64,000 nucleotides of DNA from a bacterium (lineage in GTDB: Bacteria > Patescibacteriota > Minisyncoccia > Phycocordibacterales > Zambryskibacteraceae): assembly GCA_030649135.1 (NCBI GenBank), contig JAUSGI010000006.1, positions 32,001-96,000 on the forward strand. The letters run 5' to 3'. Positions within the stretch are counted from its first letter, which is position 1. Each line of letters begins with the position of its first letter. Positions 1 to 8,687 of this stretch are shown piece by piece. The translations under genes were made by a program, and so were the position numbers. The notes under the pieces are model-generated. The model made no database searches and was not told the origin of the DNA. It was given only the letters and a program-made list of their open reading frames with translations.

Positions 1-1411
1 ACATGCTCTAGTTTACCTAACTCTCGCTTCCAAGCCTCAATTTCGCCCCTTAAGGTCTCTTTAATCCCCATGAACTCGTCGTCAGTCAGTTGTCCTCGCA
101 CCCTCATAAGCGCCAGCTCCTTCTGTTCATGTTGTTTCTGGTCTAATGTTTTTCGGAGAGACGTTTTTCTTTCAAACTCATTTTGCTTGTCATCCTTCTC
201 AAGAGCAGTGATGTTTTCAATACACCAATCGCTCAGTGCTTTTGATATTTTTAGCTTACTTCCGTAGTAATCAGCAAGGTATTTATCGATCGCAACTTCT
301 TCAACACACTTTTCTTTGCAGTTTGGATTTTTCTTTCTAGTGCAGTGATAGTAAATGTAGTGTAGGTATAATGGGGTTTCTATATCTGTAATAAGTACGC
401 TACATTTCGGACATTTTTCTTTGTCTCGGTAAGAGAACTTTAACTTGCAATCACAGATCACTTGATATTTATGTTCAGCCGTAACACCTCCGCCACAACC
501 TCCACATCTTGTTGTCGGATCTTTATATGGAAACATTTCTAGATTTACAGACGGTCTCTGTCTGCCTTTGTTACCCATAATCTTCTGTATGTGCCAATAA
601 TTCTCATCTGTGATCATTCGGGGAATACTCTCGTGTAGTTTGTGTCTCTCTCCATCCTTAGTGAAGAAGAACCCAGCATAGACAGGATTTTTTAGGATTG
701 TGCCTGCTATGTATGAGAGAACGAGTTTTTTCCCGCCCTGTCTTTTTCTTAATGGGGTGCGAAGACCCATCTCCTCATTTGCAATTCTTAAGAGTTTTCT
801 AAATGAGTACCGGCCGGTCAGATAGAGTTCGAGCAACTGCTTTATGAGTGGAAAACGATCTTTATCCACTAACCAACCCCTATTACCTCGCTCTTTGGAG
901 AGATCATTTATAAAACCTATAGTAGCAACGCCGTTAGGATAGCCCTTGTCTGCCCGCTCTCGTATACCTCTCTTTGTGTCAGTGCTTAGGTCGCGCACAT
1001 ATTGATTGGCCATACCAAGCTCAACAGACATGATGAGTACATTGTCGTCCGGGTAGTAGCTACGCCCGTAAGTTTGAATATGCTTTACTACGCTCTGTTG
1101 AAGCATCCAACTGATAGTGCCACCGTCCACAGGATTTCTTGCTAGACGATTTATTTTCCAAACAATTATCCCGTCTGCTTCACCTTTATTAAGTCGACTA
1201 ATCATATTTGTGAACACAGGTCTTCCGGGTGCCTTAGCCGACATTGATTCTTGAAGTATTTCAACAATCTCAAGTCCGTTCTCCGTTGCTAGTTCTTTGA
1301 GAACTTTTATCTGGTCTGGTATTGATTGCACTTGTCGATCCTCTGCATCACTCGACTTTCTCACATACATGAAGTACTTAAGTTTTCTGTCGTGTGTTTT
1401 ATTTATCATCT
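1..1411 (-). mobile_element. Large serine recombinase, partial: N-terminal ~470 aa in window, C-terminus beyond position 1
   Basis: Manual reverse-strand translation from the ATG at 1409-1411 runs open to the window edge. N-terminus MINKTHDRKLKYFMYVRKSSDAEDRQVQSIPDQ fits the resolvase catalytic motif (YxRxSS...Q). Downstream recombinase domain and zinc ribbon CGGCGG..CDC..CPKC. Absent from the ORF track because no stop lies in the window. Confidence 0.75.
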
Positions 1412-3546
1412 AATTTTCTGTTTACCCCAATAACAACATTACCGCTAGGTTCTGACAAGTCCAGCCCTTGTTTTTCGGCCACAACGCCTTGCCGGTCATA
1501 TTCTCGAACATGATGCCCTACCACATCCAAGTCAACTTTTGTTTTAGAGAGAGTATTTTCCCGCTCCGGCTCTGCCAAAATCAGCGAATCTTGGGAACAA
1601 GAGATGATGTTTGAAGAATCAGGGTTTTCTGTCGATTTCGTTTCTCGTTTTTCTCGTCCCGTATATATATGGGGAACAAGAGAACAAGAATAGAGATAGG
1701 GGTCGTTGCGCTTTCCAGCACCTGTACGTTGCACCGACCCTTTGGTAACTAAATCCCGTAACGCCTTACGCTTTAGTCCCGTGCGACCCTCGACCTCGTT
1801 TTCGATGGCCTTTTCGATAGATGACTCCTCTTGCTCGGATAGAAAAGTGAGAATCTCATCCGCAACACGCTGTATATCGTCATCTTCCTTCGTACCACCG
1901 AGAGACGTTGTCTGGGTTGTCTCATCGAATAGCAACACCGTCGACTCCGTATCTGTGCCGTAGCGTTGTTGGGTCTCGATGGTCCGTTTACCCTCGGTTC
2001 TTTTGAGAATAATCGCTGTATCGACAGAGCCAAATATTGCTGTCGAGCCAAGAACAGAATCGCCACCGCTCCTGTCACCTTTGCCCGCATGATGCACAAC
2101 CATCACATGCGCTCCATGCTCTCTGGCAAGCGTAAGCAATGGCGAGAGTGCTGCAGTCACTTCTGCGTAGTCGTTGCCATTTCTAATCGAGACGAAGCGA
2201 AATAATGTATCGATAATAACGAGCACAGGCTTGCGGGCGACAATTTCTTTCTCAAGCCATCTAGATGCTTCTTGAGGAACTGAACCAATATATGTGTACA
2301 AATCTTCACTACCTGTCGCTCCGAGCAACTTGAAGTGATTTTTAACCTCGCTTCGTTTTTCCTCAAGCGAAACATACAGGACAGCACCTTTTGTCGTTTG
2401 GCGACCAAGAAATATCTCGCCCTGCGCGACATAGAGTGCTAACTGCCTCGCGAGCGTTGACTTACCGACCTTTGGTTTCGCGACTATCATGGAAAATCCG
2501 CTTGTAGGAAGTAACCCATCAACGATCCAGCTTGTCTCTTCATCCGGCTCGTTCAGAAGTGTGCCAAGAGAGGTGAAGCCGAATTTTTCACGAACGACTT
2601 CTGCCGATTCTACAGCTGTTTTTACCGCAGAAGGACCCCGAAGTATATATAGGTCATTGAAATCAGTTGTAGTCCCTCCGTTGATTGTTTCACCATCCTC
2701 AAATTTCGGAATCGCTAATCGTGCGCCAATATTTGCCGCCTCTCTCGCTTTCAAGAGTCCGTTAGTATCAGCATCGGCACAGATAATTATTTCTGCATTT
2801 GGAAATTTCTTCCGCATTTCCTCAGCCGTTGCTCTTAGATTCGTGGAAGAAAATGAGATTGCTGTGGCATACCCTGTGGCCTCAAACACACTCGCGCCGG
2901 TGGCAAATCCTTCCACGATGCACAGTCGTTCCATTGGCACTCCTATGAGAAAGAAGCACTTTGCTGTTATAGCTTCACTCAGGAATTGTTTACCTCCATC
3001 AGCATCAATGAACTGTATAGACGAGAGAAAGCCGTTACCAGTGTAGAGCGGTAGTACCAGCTTGTTTCTCTTAAAACGAACTCCGTGTGGTAAAACTTGT
3101 TTCTTTTTGAGATATGGGAAGTCGACGGGTGCTTCGCTTGCAGCCTCCCAAATTTCTTGAGCATTTAGGGCGCCTGTGTGTTTTTCACTTCTTTGCGAAT
3201 CCTGTTTCTCCATAGCTGGCCGATGATAAATACCGTCTCCAAGATGTCGTGCAAACATAGTGAAATTTCCCTTTGCGTCGCACTTCTTGCAGTGGTATAA
3301 ACCTGTTTCGGAGGCAATGTATAGATGCGCCTCGTTGCCTTTGCTATCTCTGTCACAATCACCGAATATACAGTGGGTGATAAGTTCACCGTTCACTTCG
3401 CGAAATGGTATGTTTTTATTAGAGAGATACTCACGAACGGCGAGATATTCGTTTATTGCGTTGTTTTTCATGTACAGTCGGAGTTTCTTATTGAAATCCT
3501 GGTGTCCGACTGTACGTTCTTTCACCAGAACTTCAATAAAAAACAA
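1399..3546 (-). CDS. Primase-helicase fusion: zinc ribbon + Toprim primase + RecA-like (RepA/DnaB-type) ATPase
   Basis: 715-aa ORF. Zinc-ribbon pair HCIFGDC...YHCKKCDAKGN. Toprim motifs CIVEGFATGASV and IIICADADTNG. Walker A VAKPKVGKST and Walker B VLVIIDTL. The called start is TTG and the true start may lie downstream. Confidence 0.8.
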   Translation of the reverse strand: MFFIEVLVKERTVGHQDFNKKLRLYMKNNAINEYLAVREYLSNKNIPFREVNGELITHCIFGDCDRDSKGNEAHLYIASETGLYHCKKCDAKGNFTMFARHLGDGIYHRPAMEKQDSQRSEKHTGALNAQEIWEAASEAPVDFPYLKKKQVLPHGVRFKRNKLVLPLYTGNGFLSSIQFIDADGGKQFLSEAITAKCFFLIGVPMERLCIVEGFATGASVFEATGYATAISFSSTNLRATAEEMRKKFPNAEIIICADADTNGLLKAREAANIGARLAIPKFEDGETINGGTTTDFNDLYILRGPSAVKTAVESAEVVREKFGFTSLGTLLNEPDEETSWIVDGLLPTSGFSMIVAKPKVGKSTLARQLALYVAQGEIFLGRQTTKGAVLYVSLEEKRSEVKNHFKLLGATGSEDLYTYIGSVPQEASRWLEKEIVARKPVLVIIDTLFRFVSIRNGNDYAEVTAALSPLLTLAREHGAHVMVVHHAGKGDRSGGDSVLGSTAIFGSVDTAIILKRTEGKRTIETQQRYGTDTESTVLLFDETTQTTSLGGTKEDDDIQRVADEILTFLSEQEESSIEKAIENEVEGRTGLKRKALRDLVTKGSVQRTGAGKRNDPYLYSCSLVPHIYTGREKRETKSTENPDSSNIISCSQDSLILAEPERENTLSKTKVDLDVVGHHVREYDRQGVVAEKQGLDLSEPSGNVVIGVNRKLDDK

Positions 3547-3550
3547 AGAA

Positions 3551-3739
3551 TTAATTTATAATTGGTTTGACTATTGAACGTCTTTCCTCTGCCCGGGCAA
3601 GAGCAACACTAGCCAGTCGAGCAAGTCTCAACAGAGATACACCAAAAACCTGAGTTTCATCTTCACTCATTTGTTTTCCGTAATCTTTATAGAGAATAAG
3701 CCGAAGCTTCTCTATGGCTTGAGGTGAAAGAGTTACCAT
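3551..3739 (-). CDS. Small helical protein (~62 aa) inside the integrative element; function unknown (regulator/RDF-like?)
   Basis: Lower part of track ORF 3551..3796 from the internal Met MVTLSPQAIEKLRLILYKDYGKQMSEDETQVFGVSLLRLARLASVALARAEERR. No SD, like the other native genes. Confidence 0.35.
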   Translation of the reverse strand: MVTLSPQAIEKLRLILYKDYGKQMSEDETQVFGVSLLRLARLASVALARAEERRSIVKPIIN

Positions 3740-3987
3740 GCCGCGATCTCGTGGCTGTAGTGTGCGGTAACTTAAAAGGCTGCCACCGCATCCCACAACG
3801 TGAGATGAAATGGCAGCCCCTCAACTTTGCCTGCCCAGCGGGGTCCCACCCCCGATTTACTATCCTCGGGCTTATCCGGGGATACCTTGATACACCCCAC
3901 ATTGGCATGTATCAAGAGGTACGCTAACTTACTCAGTATAACAAAGTTTTGCTGATAAGTATGTGTAGATATCCACAGTAATAATGC

Positions 3988-4017
3988 TAGACAGAAAAAA
4001 GTTTGATACAATGTAAT
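3988..4017 (+). promoter_or_regulatory. Candidate sigma70-type promoter (TAGACA-18-TGTAAT) for the ORF-free structured RNA region
   Basis: -35 TAGACA at 3988-3993, 18-nt spacer, -10 TGTAAT at 4012-4017. Confidence 0.3.
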
Positions 4018-4024
4018 TGCTCTC

Positions 4025-4580
4025 GTGCATTAAGGGTGCATGAGCAAGGTCAGAAATGATAGCAACCGGCACTCAATTCAGATATGGCCTAAGTACCTAC
4101 GATAAACAAGTTTGAAGGAACCATCGTTTTGACTGGTACTTAGGTAGGGAGGAGGGTAAAACCAACTCCAAACCTTAGTCCCTTAAACTTTGGTTTGGGT
4201 GTCAGGCTGAAAAGTCTTACTCCTGAACTGAGTGCCGGTCATAGTGATGGTTCCTTTTGCTTATCCGTGGTCTAAAGGCAATAGGCTATGAAAAAGCTGG
4301 CTAGGCACATTTAACCCCACTGCCATTAACAACGGCACAATTTGGGGGCTGACAAATCTTGGGGCGTGGAACTTCTTCGCTCTACAGCATGTTGTCAGAC
4401 AGCAGCAGGCAACGATCAACGTACTGACCGCAAGGTTGGCACAGTTGGAAAATCGTCTCCCTGCTCCCGCACAGGCATCGCGGCCTCTATTGCCTAATAC
4501 GAATAATCGCCGTCTACCGTAAGGTAAACAGCGATTACTCTGGATTAAAGCAGGTGTCCCGAAAGGGACGCTTGCTTTTT
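4025..4580 (+). ncRNA. Candidate large structured ncRNA (~550 nt); class unknown, strand uncertain
   Basis: About 630 bp with no ORF over 60 aa in any frame. Long-range complementarity 4065-4080 with 4223-4238 (16 bp, one mismatch) and CCUAAGUACC with GGUACUUAGG near 4088-4140. GNRA hairpins UACC-GUAA-GGUA (4515-4526) and GUCCC-GAAA-GGGAC. Ends at a hairpin plus U-run. Confidence 0.4.
4548..4580 (+). terminator. Intrinsic terminator-like hairpin (AGCAGGUGUCCC-GAAA-GGGACGCUUGCU) followed by UUUUU
   Basis: About 13-bp stem with GAAA tetraloop and a T-run at 4576-4580. May also serve the convergent minus-strand gene 4639..5157. Confidence 0.55.
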
Positions 4581-4638
4581 ATTATACCCCCGCCAGTAAC
4601 GGCGAGAGCAACCAATTTACCCTACCTGTGTATAACTA

Positions 4639-5157
4639 TCAAGCTGTGCCTGATTCTGGCTCATATTCATACTGTTTGCGTACCTCCCGCATACTAACGG
4701 GGCGATAGTTCTCCGCATCTTCTATCATGCTGATTCTCGGCATTATTGCCATGTTTTCTGGTATGGACGTGTCAAACTCTTCACGACGCTTCCTTGCCAG
4801 ATACCACATAGCTACCTTTGGGTCCGTTTCTAGCCGGTCCACAATGGTCTTTCTAGCTCTTAGTACAGGCATTTGTCTAAGAGCCTCAATTATATGGGAA
4901 AACTCCGGATGCTTCTCTACGAAATACTTATACTGATCTATTGAAATACCTGCTGAAAAGCACGCTTCTTTGATAGTTGCATCGTATTTGAAGGCGGTGA
5001 TTAAGCGGAGGACTTTTCCCTGATCACGATACCAGGCGTTGGCTGAGTTTTCGACCCGCAAAATGCCAAAAGCTCTGTCTTTAATGGTGTACGCGTACTG
5101 ATCTAACTTAGTTACTTCTAATACTTGATGGGTAGTGATTTGGTTTTGGTCTGTCAT
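4639..5157 (-). CDS. HTH-containing hypothetical protein (possibly terminase-small-subunit-like or regulator)
   Basis: 172 aa. Segment TIKEACFSAGISIDQYKYFVEKHPEF resembles the HTH of TerS or transposase-OrfA-type proteins. Lies next to the recombinase/primase module. Confidence 0.45.
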   Translation of the reverse strand: MTDQNQITTHQVLEVTKLDQYAYTIKDRAFGILRVENSANAWYRDQGKVLRLITAFKYDATIKEACFSAGISIDQYKYFVEKHPEFSHIIEALRQMPVLRARKTIVDRLETDPKVAMWYLARKRREEFDTSIPENMAIMPRISMIEDAENYRPVSMREVRKQYEYEPESGTA

Positions 5158-5197
5158 TCAAGCATTATATCTCAACTTCTATAGCCAGAGAACTATC

Positions 5198-6094
5198 TTA
5201 ATACCAACAGAACTCAGCTTTTTCTCCTATCTGATCTTCAACGTACTTCGTAGCAGTCGTGATATCTCCAATCTCATCAATCAGTCCAGACTTCAAAGCG
5301 TCCTCGCCTATATAGGTTAATCCATTAGCCAGACTCTCAACAGCCTTTAATTCAAGGCCTCTGTTCGTTGCCACATCCTTGACAAAAACATTGTGAGCCT
5401 TGCGGACGTCAGATAATAGAATCTCCTTTTCTTCCTGTGTTAATGGTTTGTTTGGATCACCAGTATCCTTATATTTAGCAGAAGAGAGTTCTACGAATGT
5501 GTAACCGTCCTTTGCGTTTTTATTGGATTCATTTAGATAAGAAGCTGTTACCCCAATACCTCCCACATCAGAGATTTTAGAAGCGTATATTTTATCCGCA
5601 CCGGTAGCCGCCCAGTAGGCAGCCGAAGCTCCAATACCTCGTATGACAGCCACGCTTGGTTTATCAAGACTTTTTAATGCTCGCGCTATTTCCTCTCCAG
5701 CTACTCCATCACCTCCGGGTGAGTCAATCGACAACATCACTGCTTTGATATCTGGATCATTTTGAGCACGTAGTATCCCATACACGATATCTTCTGACGA
5801 GGAAACATCCACTTCCTGTCCCTCTGGCTGGCTTGGTAAGTATGTACTCAAGTACCCTTTGATTGAGAATGCCAAGACATTACAGTCATCCTGTTGTAAT
5901 GAGTCAGTGATAGTAGTCTCTTCAGAAAAGTATGATCCTGCAAGAAAAGCCAGCACTCCAATAACTACAGCTAGTATGAGTACTTTCTTCTTGCTGATCT
6001 TTTTCTCCTCGTTCATATTCAAGATTATAGCTCTATTTCTTAATATATTCCCTATTCCTTTCCTTATGTCTTTCAATGATTCTCTGTGGATCAA
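5198..6094 (-). CDS. sppA: Signal peptide peptidase SppA-like (S49 peptidase, ClpP/crotonase fold)
   Basis: Motifs SIDSPGGDGVAG and GIGASAAYWAATGADKIYA with an N-terminal TM helix. Likely true start at the internal Met (MNEEKK, coordinate 6016), which would remove the overlap with 6033..6473. Confidence 0.75.
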   Translation of the reverse strand: MIHRESLKDIRKGIGNILRNRAIILNMNEEKKISKKKVLILAVVIGVLAFLAGSYFSEETTITDSLQQDDCNVLAFSIKGYLSTYLPSQPEGQEVDVSSSEDIVYGILRAQNDPDIKAVMLSIDSPGGDGVAGEEIARALKSLDKPSVAVIRGIGASAAYWAATGADKIYASKISDVGGIGVTASYLNESNKNAKDGYTFVELSSAKYKDTGDPNKPLTQEEKEILLSDVRKAHNVFVKDVATNRGLELKAVESLANGLTYIGEDALKSGLIDEIGDITTATKYVEDQIGEKAEFCWY

Positions 6095-6473
6095 AGGCTT
6101 TGCTTAATGGCATTGATGTTTCGAATTGAAAACTATTTTTAATGGCAGTCATAAGCTCCGGCCATTCCGGTATATATTCGCTATCAATCTCCTCATCAAT
6201 AGCTTCAGATATTTTACGTATTATTTCATCTTCATATATAGAGGTGTAATCATCTGTATCCATAAGATCACTAAGAGCGTCATCGTGGTACCTCTTAAGA
6301 AGAGCTAAATTAAGTTCCTCTGCTTTTTTTAGATTTTCCATATCAGCATCCAATGCTAGTCTCAGAATCACATTGCTCTTAAAGCTTTGGTATTTAGATA
6401 ATCTGTCAATCGTTCTAAGGAGTCTAAACCAGAGGATGAATAATACGGCAAGTAGTATATAGATTAATGTCAT
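6033..6473 (-). CDS. Hypothetical membrane-anchored protein (146 aa), acidic C-terminal region
   Basis: N-terminal TM helix LIYILLAVLFILWF. No recognisable domain. Confidence 0.45.
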   Translation of the reverse strand: MTLIYILLAVLFILWFRLLRTIDRLSKYQSFKSNVILRLALDADMENLKKAEELNLALLKRYHDDALSDLMDTDDYTSIYEDEIIRKISEAIDEEIDSEYIPEWPELMTAIKNSFQFETSMPLSKAFDPQRIIERHKERNREYIKK

Positions 6474-6475
6474 AA

Positions 6476-7417
6476 TTAATAAAAGATTGGCTTTTCACAA
6501 TACCAAGAATAGTTAGTCGGGTTTTTGTTAACACACTCTTGATATTGTTGCTGTTGGTATAGTTTGTATTCTAGATCGCTTTGTGGAGTATTAGTCCCGC
6601 ATTTAACCTCCCTGATTCTTCTTTGTTGTTGCGGAGATAGAGTTCGTAGTTCTGGCGGAGTAGGTTCTAATAAACAATCTGATTGTTGTTTTTGGGCTGT
6701 TATTGACTGTTGTTGCTGTTCACTTTTTGCCTTGTTATATTTCTCAACCTGAGCATCAATAAGTATTCGAAAACTCATATTACTCATGTAGCCATCGAGA
6801 AATTTAGAGTCTTTGCACGTTAGTGAGTTCACTTCTGGAACTTCCCCGCACATTTTAAACAGAGCACCCAGTTGTTGTGCCGTGGGAGGGGTAGCATACG
6901 GTTGTTGTATTTCCGCTTTGCTGTTCTTGCGAACCCACTGATTGCTTTCCTTTCTGTAGTATCTTTCTTCCCTCTGACGAGTAATGGAAATGGATGTCCA
7001 TCCCTTTGAATCAGCTTCGATGAAGAATCTTCGCTCCAGACTTTCCCAGGTCTCGACAGCAGGTGTCGCGATGTTTGAAGTAGTTATATTATTTATCGGT
7101 AGTGTCTCTTTTTCTATATTGTTTGCAGTAGACTGTTTCTCTTTTAACTTTTCTACCTCTCTTTTCAGCTTTTCAATTTCAACACTTTGATTGTCTACTA
7201 CGGGTACTGGTTGTACTTTTTCTGTAGTTACTGTTGGTTTTTCTACTTTATTCGGAACTACTACCGAAGAGGTTGCACTCTCGCTCGGCACTGGTTGTTC
7301 GATTTTTACTTCTTGCTTCTTATTAAATATTCTCCATGTAAATGGATTCCACCATGCCGCAAAAGCCACCTGAGGAATTATTATCGCAAGTAGGATTATT
7401 GGAATTATTTTTTTCAT
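6476..7417 (-). CDS. Hypothetical secreted protein (313 aa), Q/T-rich, several Cys pairs
   Basis: Signal peptide MKKIIPIILLAIIIPQVAFA. Its start overlaps the downstream 72-aa gene by 4 nt (ATGA), suggesting translational coupling. Confidence 0.55.
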   Translation of the reverse strand: MKKIIPIILLAIIIPQVAFAAWWNPFTWRIFNKKQEVKIEQPVPSESATSSVVVPNKVEKPTVTTEKVQPVPVVDNQSVEIEKLKREVEKLKEKQSTANNIEKETLPINNITTSNIATPAVETWESLERRFFIEADSKGWTSISITRQREERYYRKESNQWVRKNSKAEIQQPYATPPTAQQLGALFKMCGEVPEVNSLTCKDSKFLDGYMSNMSFRILIDAQVEKYNKAKSEQQQQSITAQKQQSDCLLEPTPPELRTLSPQQQRRIREVKCGTNTPQSDLEYKLYQQQQYQECVNKNPTNYSWYCEKPIFY

Positions 7418-7632
7418 AATTTTGGGGGAATTTCGTCGACTTTCTTTTTGTTAAGTTTGTAGTTCAAGTGAGAATAAAGAACTATGCCTAGTGGCCAGAT
7501 TAATGCTCCTGCCAAGGCCGCAATGATTTTGTTCATATTGTGTCTCTGAGCAACTCTATAACAATAAACACCAGACCAAATAACCATCACCACACCTACT
7601 AAGTACAGAAGACCACCTAGTACAGATCCCAT
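7414..7632 (-). CDS. Small 2-TM membrane protein, PLD-nuclease N-terminal (PLDc_N)-like
   Basis: 72 aa. Motif KIIAALAGALIWPLGIVLYSHL matches the K..W..P..G..Y pattern of PLDc_N-family small membrane proteins. Preceded by structured RNA copy A. Confidence 0.5.
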   Translation of the reverse strand: MGSVLGGLLYLVGVVMVIWSGVYCYRVAQRHNMNKIIAALAGALIWPLGIVLYSHLNYKLNKKKVDEIPPKL

Positions 7633-7657
7633 TTTATTTTAGTGATTATTTATAACA

Positions 7658-7792
7658 CAAAGCCCGCTACCAGGAAGGCGCCTTTCGACCACCTCTACCA
7701 GAGTTTCCCCTGGTAACGCGACGAACGCCCTGATAACGGGTTCTCTATGTTCGTCGCGCTTTCTTGCCATGCCGGTGGTTGCCCGGTTTAGG
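7658..7792 (-). ncRNA. Conserved structured RNA motif, copy A (candidate cis-regulatory leader or riboswitch-like element)
   Basis: Shares conserved blocks (CCUAAACCGGGCA..CCGGCAUGGCAAGAAAG and CUGGUAGCGGGCUUU) and two covarying stems with copy B at 9021-9152. Sits in the 5' UTR of the 72-aa membrane-protein gene. G-U pairs appear only in the minus-strand reading. Confidence 0.5.
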
Positions 7793-7836
7793 TTTGTCGC
7801 ACATCCACAGTTGCATAATTCTATGGATGTTCTGAA

Positions 7837-7899
7837 AAGTTGAGCTTCGTTAGAGTCCTGTTTCTTATCTGATACTCTAGCTAAGGTAATTGCTTTCAT
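7837..7899 (-). pseudogene. Resolvase-like N-terminal remnant (MKAITLARVSDKKQDSNEAQL); the rest of ORF 7639..7899 reads through RNA copy A
   Basis: The first ~21 codons match the small serine recombinase catalytic motif (x-ARVS-xxxQ). Downstream sequence has no recombinase similarity. Confidence 0.25.
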
Positions 7900-7907
7900 A
7901 AAGTATT

Positions 7908-8678
7908 TTAGTAGTAAATATCTTTAAGCAATTTAGCGTTGTAACCAGAATTTTCAAAGATATATTTAGCATAACTCTTTTGACCTTCCGTAACAGCTTT
8001 GTCAGCTTCTTCTTTGCTTAAAGAAGGATCCAGCCAATACCAACTAGGATAATCTCCTAACTGCTTATTAGAAGATACATCGTAAATCTTGTCTGATTTT
8101 TTCGTGTAATACTCGCTTTTTACGTTGTTATAATTACTGTAATCGTAACTATAATCAGTAGTATAAAGGCAAGTGTTCATTGAAGGACTGTAGAAAATAA
8201 AATTTAACTCTTCTTTTTCTGTTACAAAAGTGGTGTTTTTATATTTTTTAGAAAGTTCATCTTTGATGTTACTGGTTAATTTCGCACATTCAGTGTTTTT
8301 ACTAAACAAAGTATCTTTATCAATTTTAGAGTTCTTAACCAAGTCCGCTACATCCTTTTTTAGTTGAGCAAGTATATCCTTCGTAGCTGGGTCTGCTTTA
8401 ATTTCATCCGACATTGTAAGTATCAATGTGTTCTGTATTTTTGAGTCTTCCTTGTCGGCTTCTTCAGCAACCTTTTTTATTCTTTCATCAACTATCTTGT
8501 ATTTATCTTCTGGCAAAAGACTTTTATAAACATTTAAGTACTTATAAAATTCAACATCTTCGTTTGTACCAGAGTCTGCAACTTTGATAGAAGACATATT
8601 GGTTTTTCCTTTAACAAAAGGTATTCCGAGCCAAACAATTATTACCACAAGAACAACGATAATTATATTTTTAATCAT
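7908..8678 (-). CDS. Hypothetical membrane-anchored K/D/Y-rich protein (256 aa)
   Basis: N-terminal TM helix IIIVVLVVIIVWLGIPFV. Low-complexity Y/S/N-rich C-terminal part. Confidence 0.55.
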   Translation of the reverse strand: MIKNIIIVVLVVIIVWLGIPFVKGKTNMSSIKVADSGTNEDVEFYKYLNVYKSLLPEDKYKIVDERIKKVAEEADKEDSKIQNTLILTMSDEIKADPATKDILAQLKKDVADLVKNSKIDKDTLFSKNTECAKLTSNIKDELSKKYKNTTFVTEKEELNFIFYSPSMNTCLYTTDYSYDYSNYNNVKSEYYTKKSDKIYDVSSNKQLGDYPSWYWLDPSLSKEEADKAVTEGQKSYAKYIFENSGYNAKLLKDIYY

Positions 8679-8687
8679 ATTATTTTG

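Noticed and set aside
70-267. 65-aa plus-strand ORF at the window start
   Set aside because: It lies entirely antisense within the serine recombinase reading frame, is Ser/Cys/Phe-rich and low complexity, and has no start context.
4025-4580. tmRNA, RNase P RNA or SRP RNA in the long ORF-free region
   Set aside because: None of the universally conserved segments I can recall are present: RNase P P4 GGAAAGUCCGG/ACAGAACCCGGCUUA, tmRNA 3' tRNA-like GGUUCGAUUCC...CCA or its tag ORF, or the SRP domain IV motif.
4025-4640. ORF-less group II intron (GUGCAUG 5' end, domain-V-like hairpin with AGC and GAAA loop)
   Set aside because: The hairpin lacks the essential 2-nt bulge of domain V. No convincing domain VI with a bulged A. 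No interrupted host gene. Kept only as a remote alternative within the ncRNA finding.
7639-7836. Remainder of track ORF 7639..7899 as protein-coding
   Set aside because: The sequence coincides with structured RNA motif copy A. An open frame is expected from base-pairing constraints, and there is no protein-like composition beyond the resolvase-like first 21 codons.
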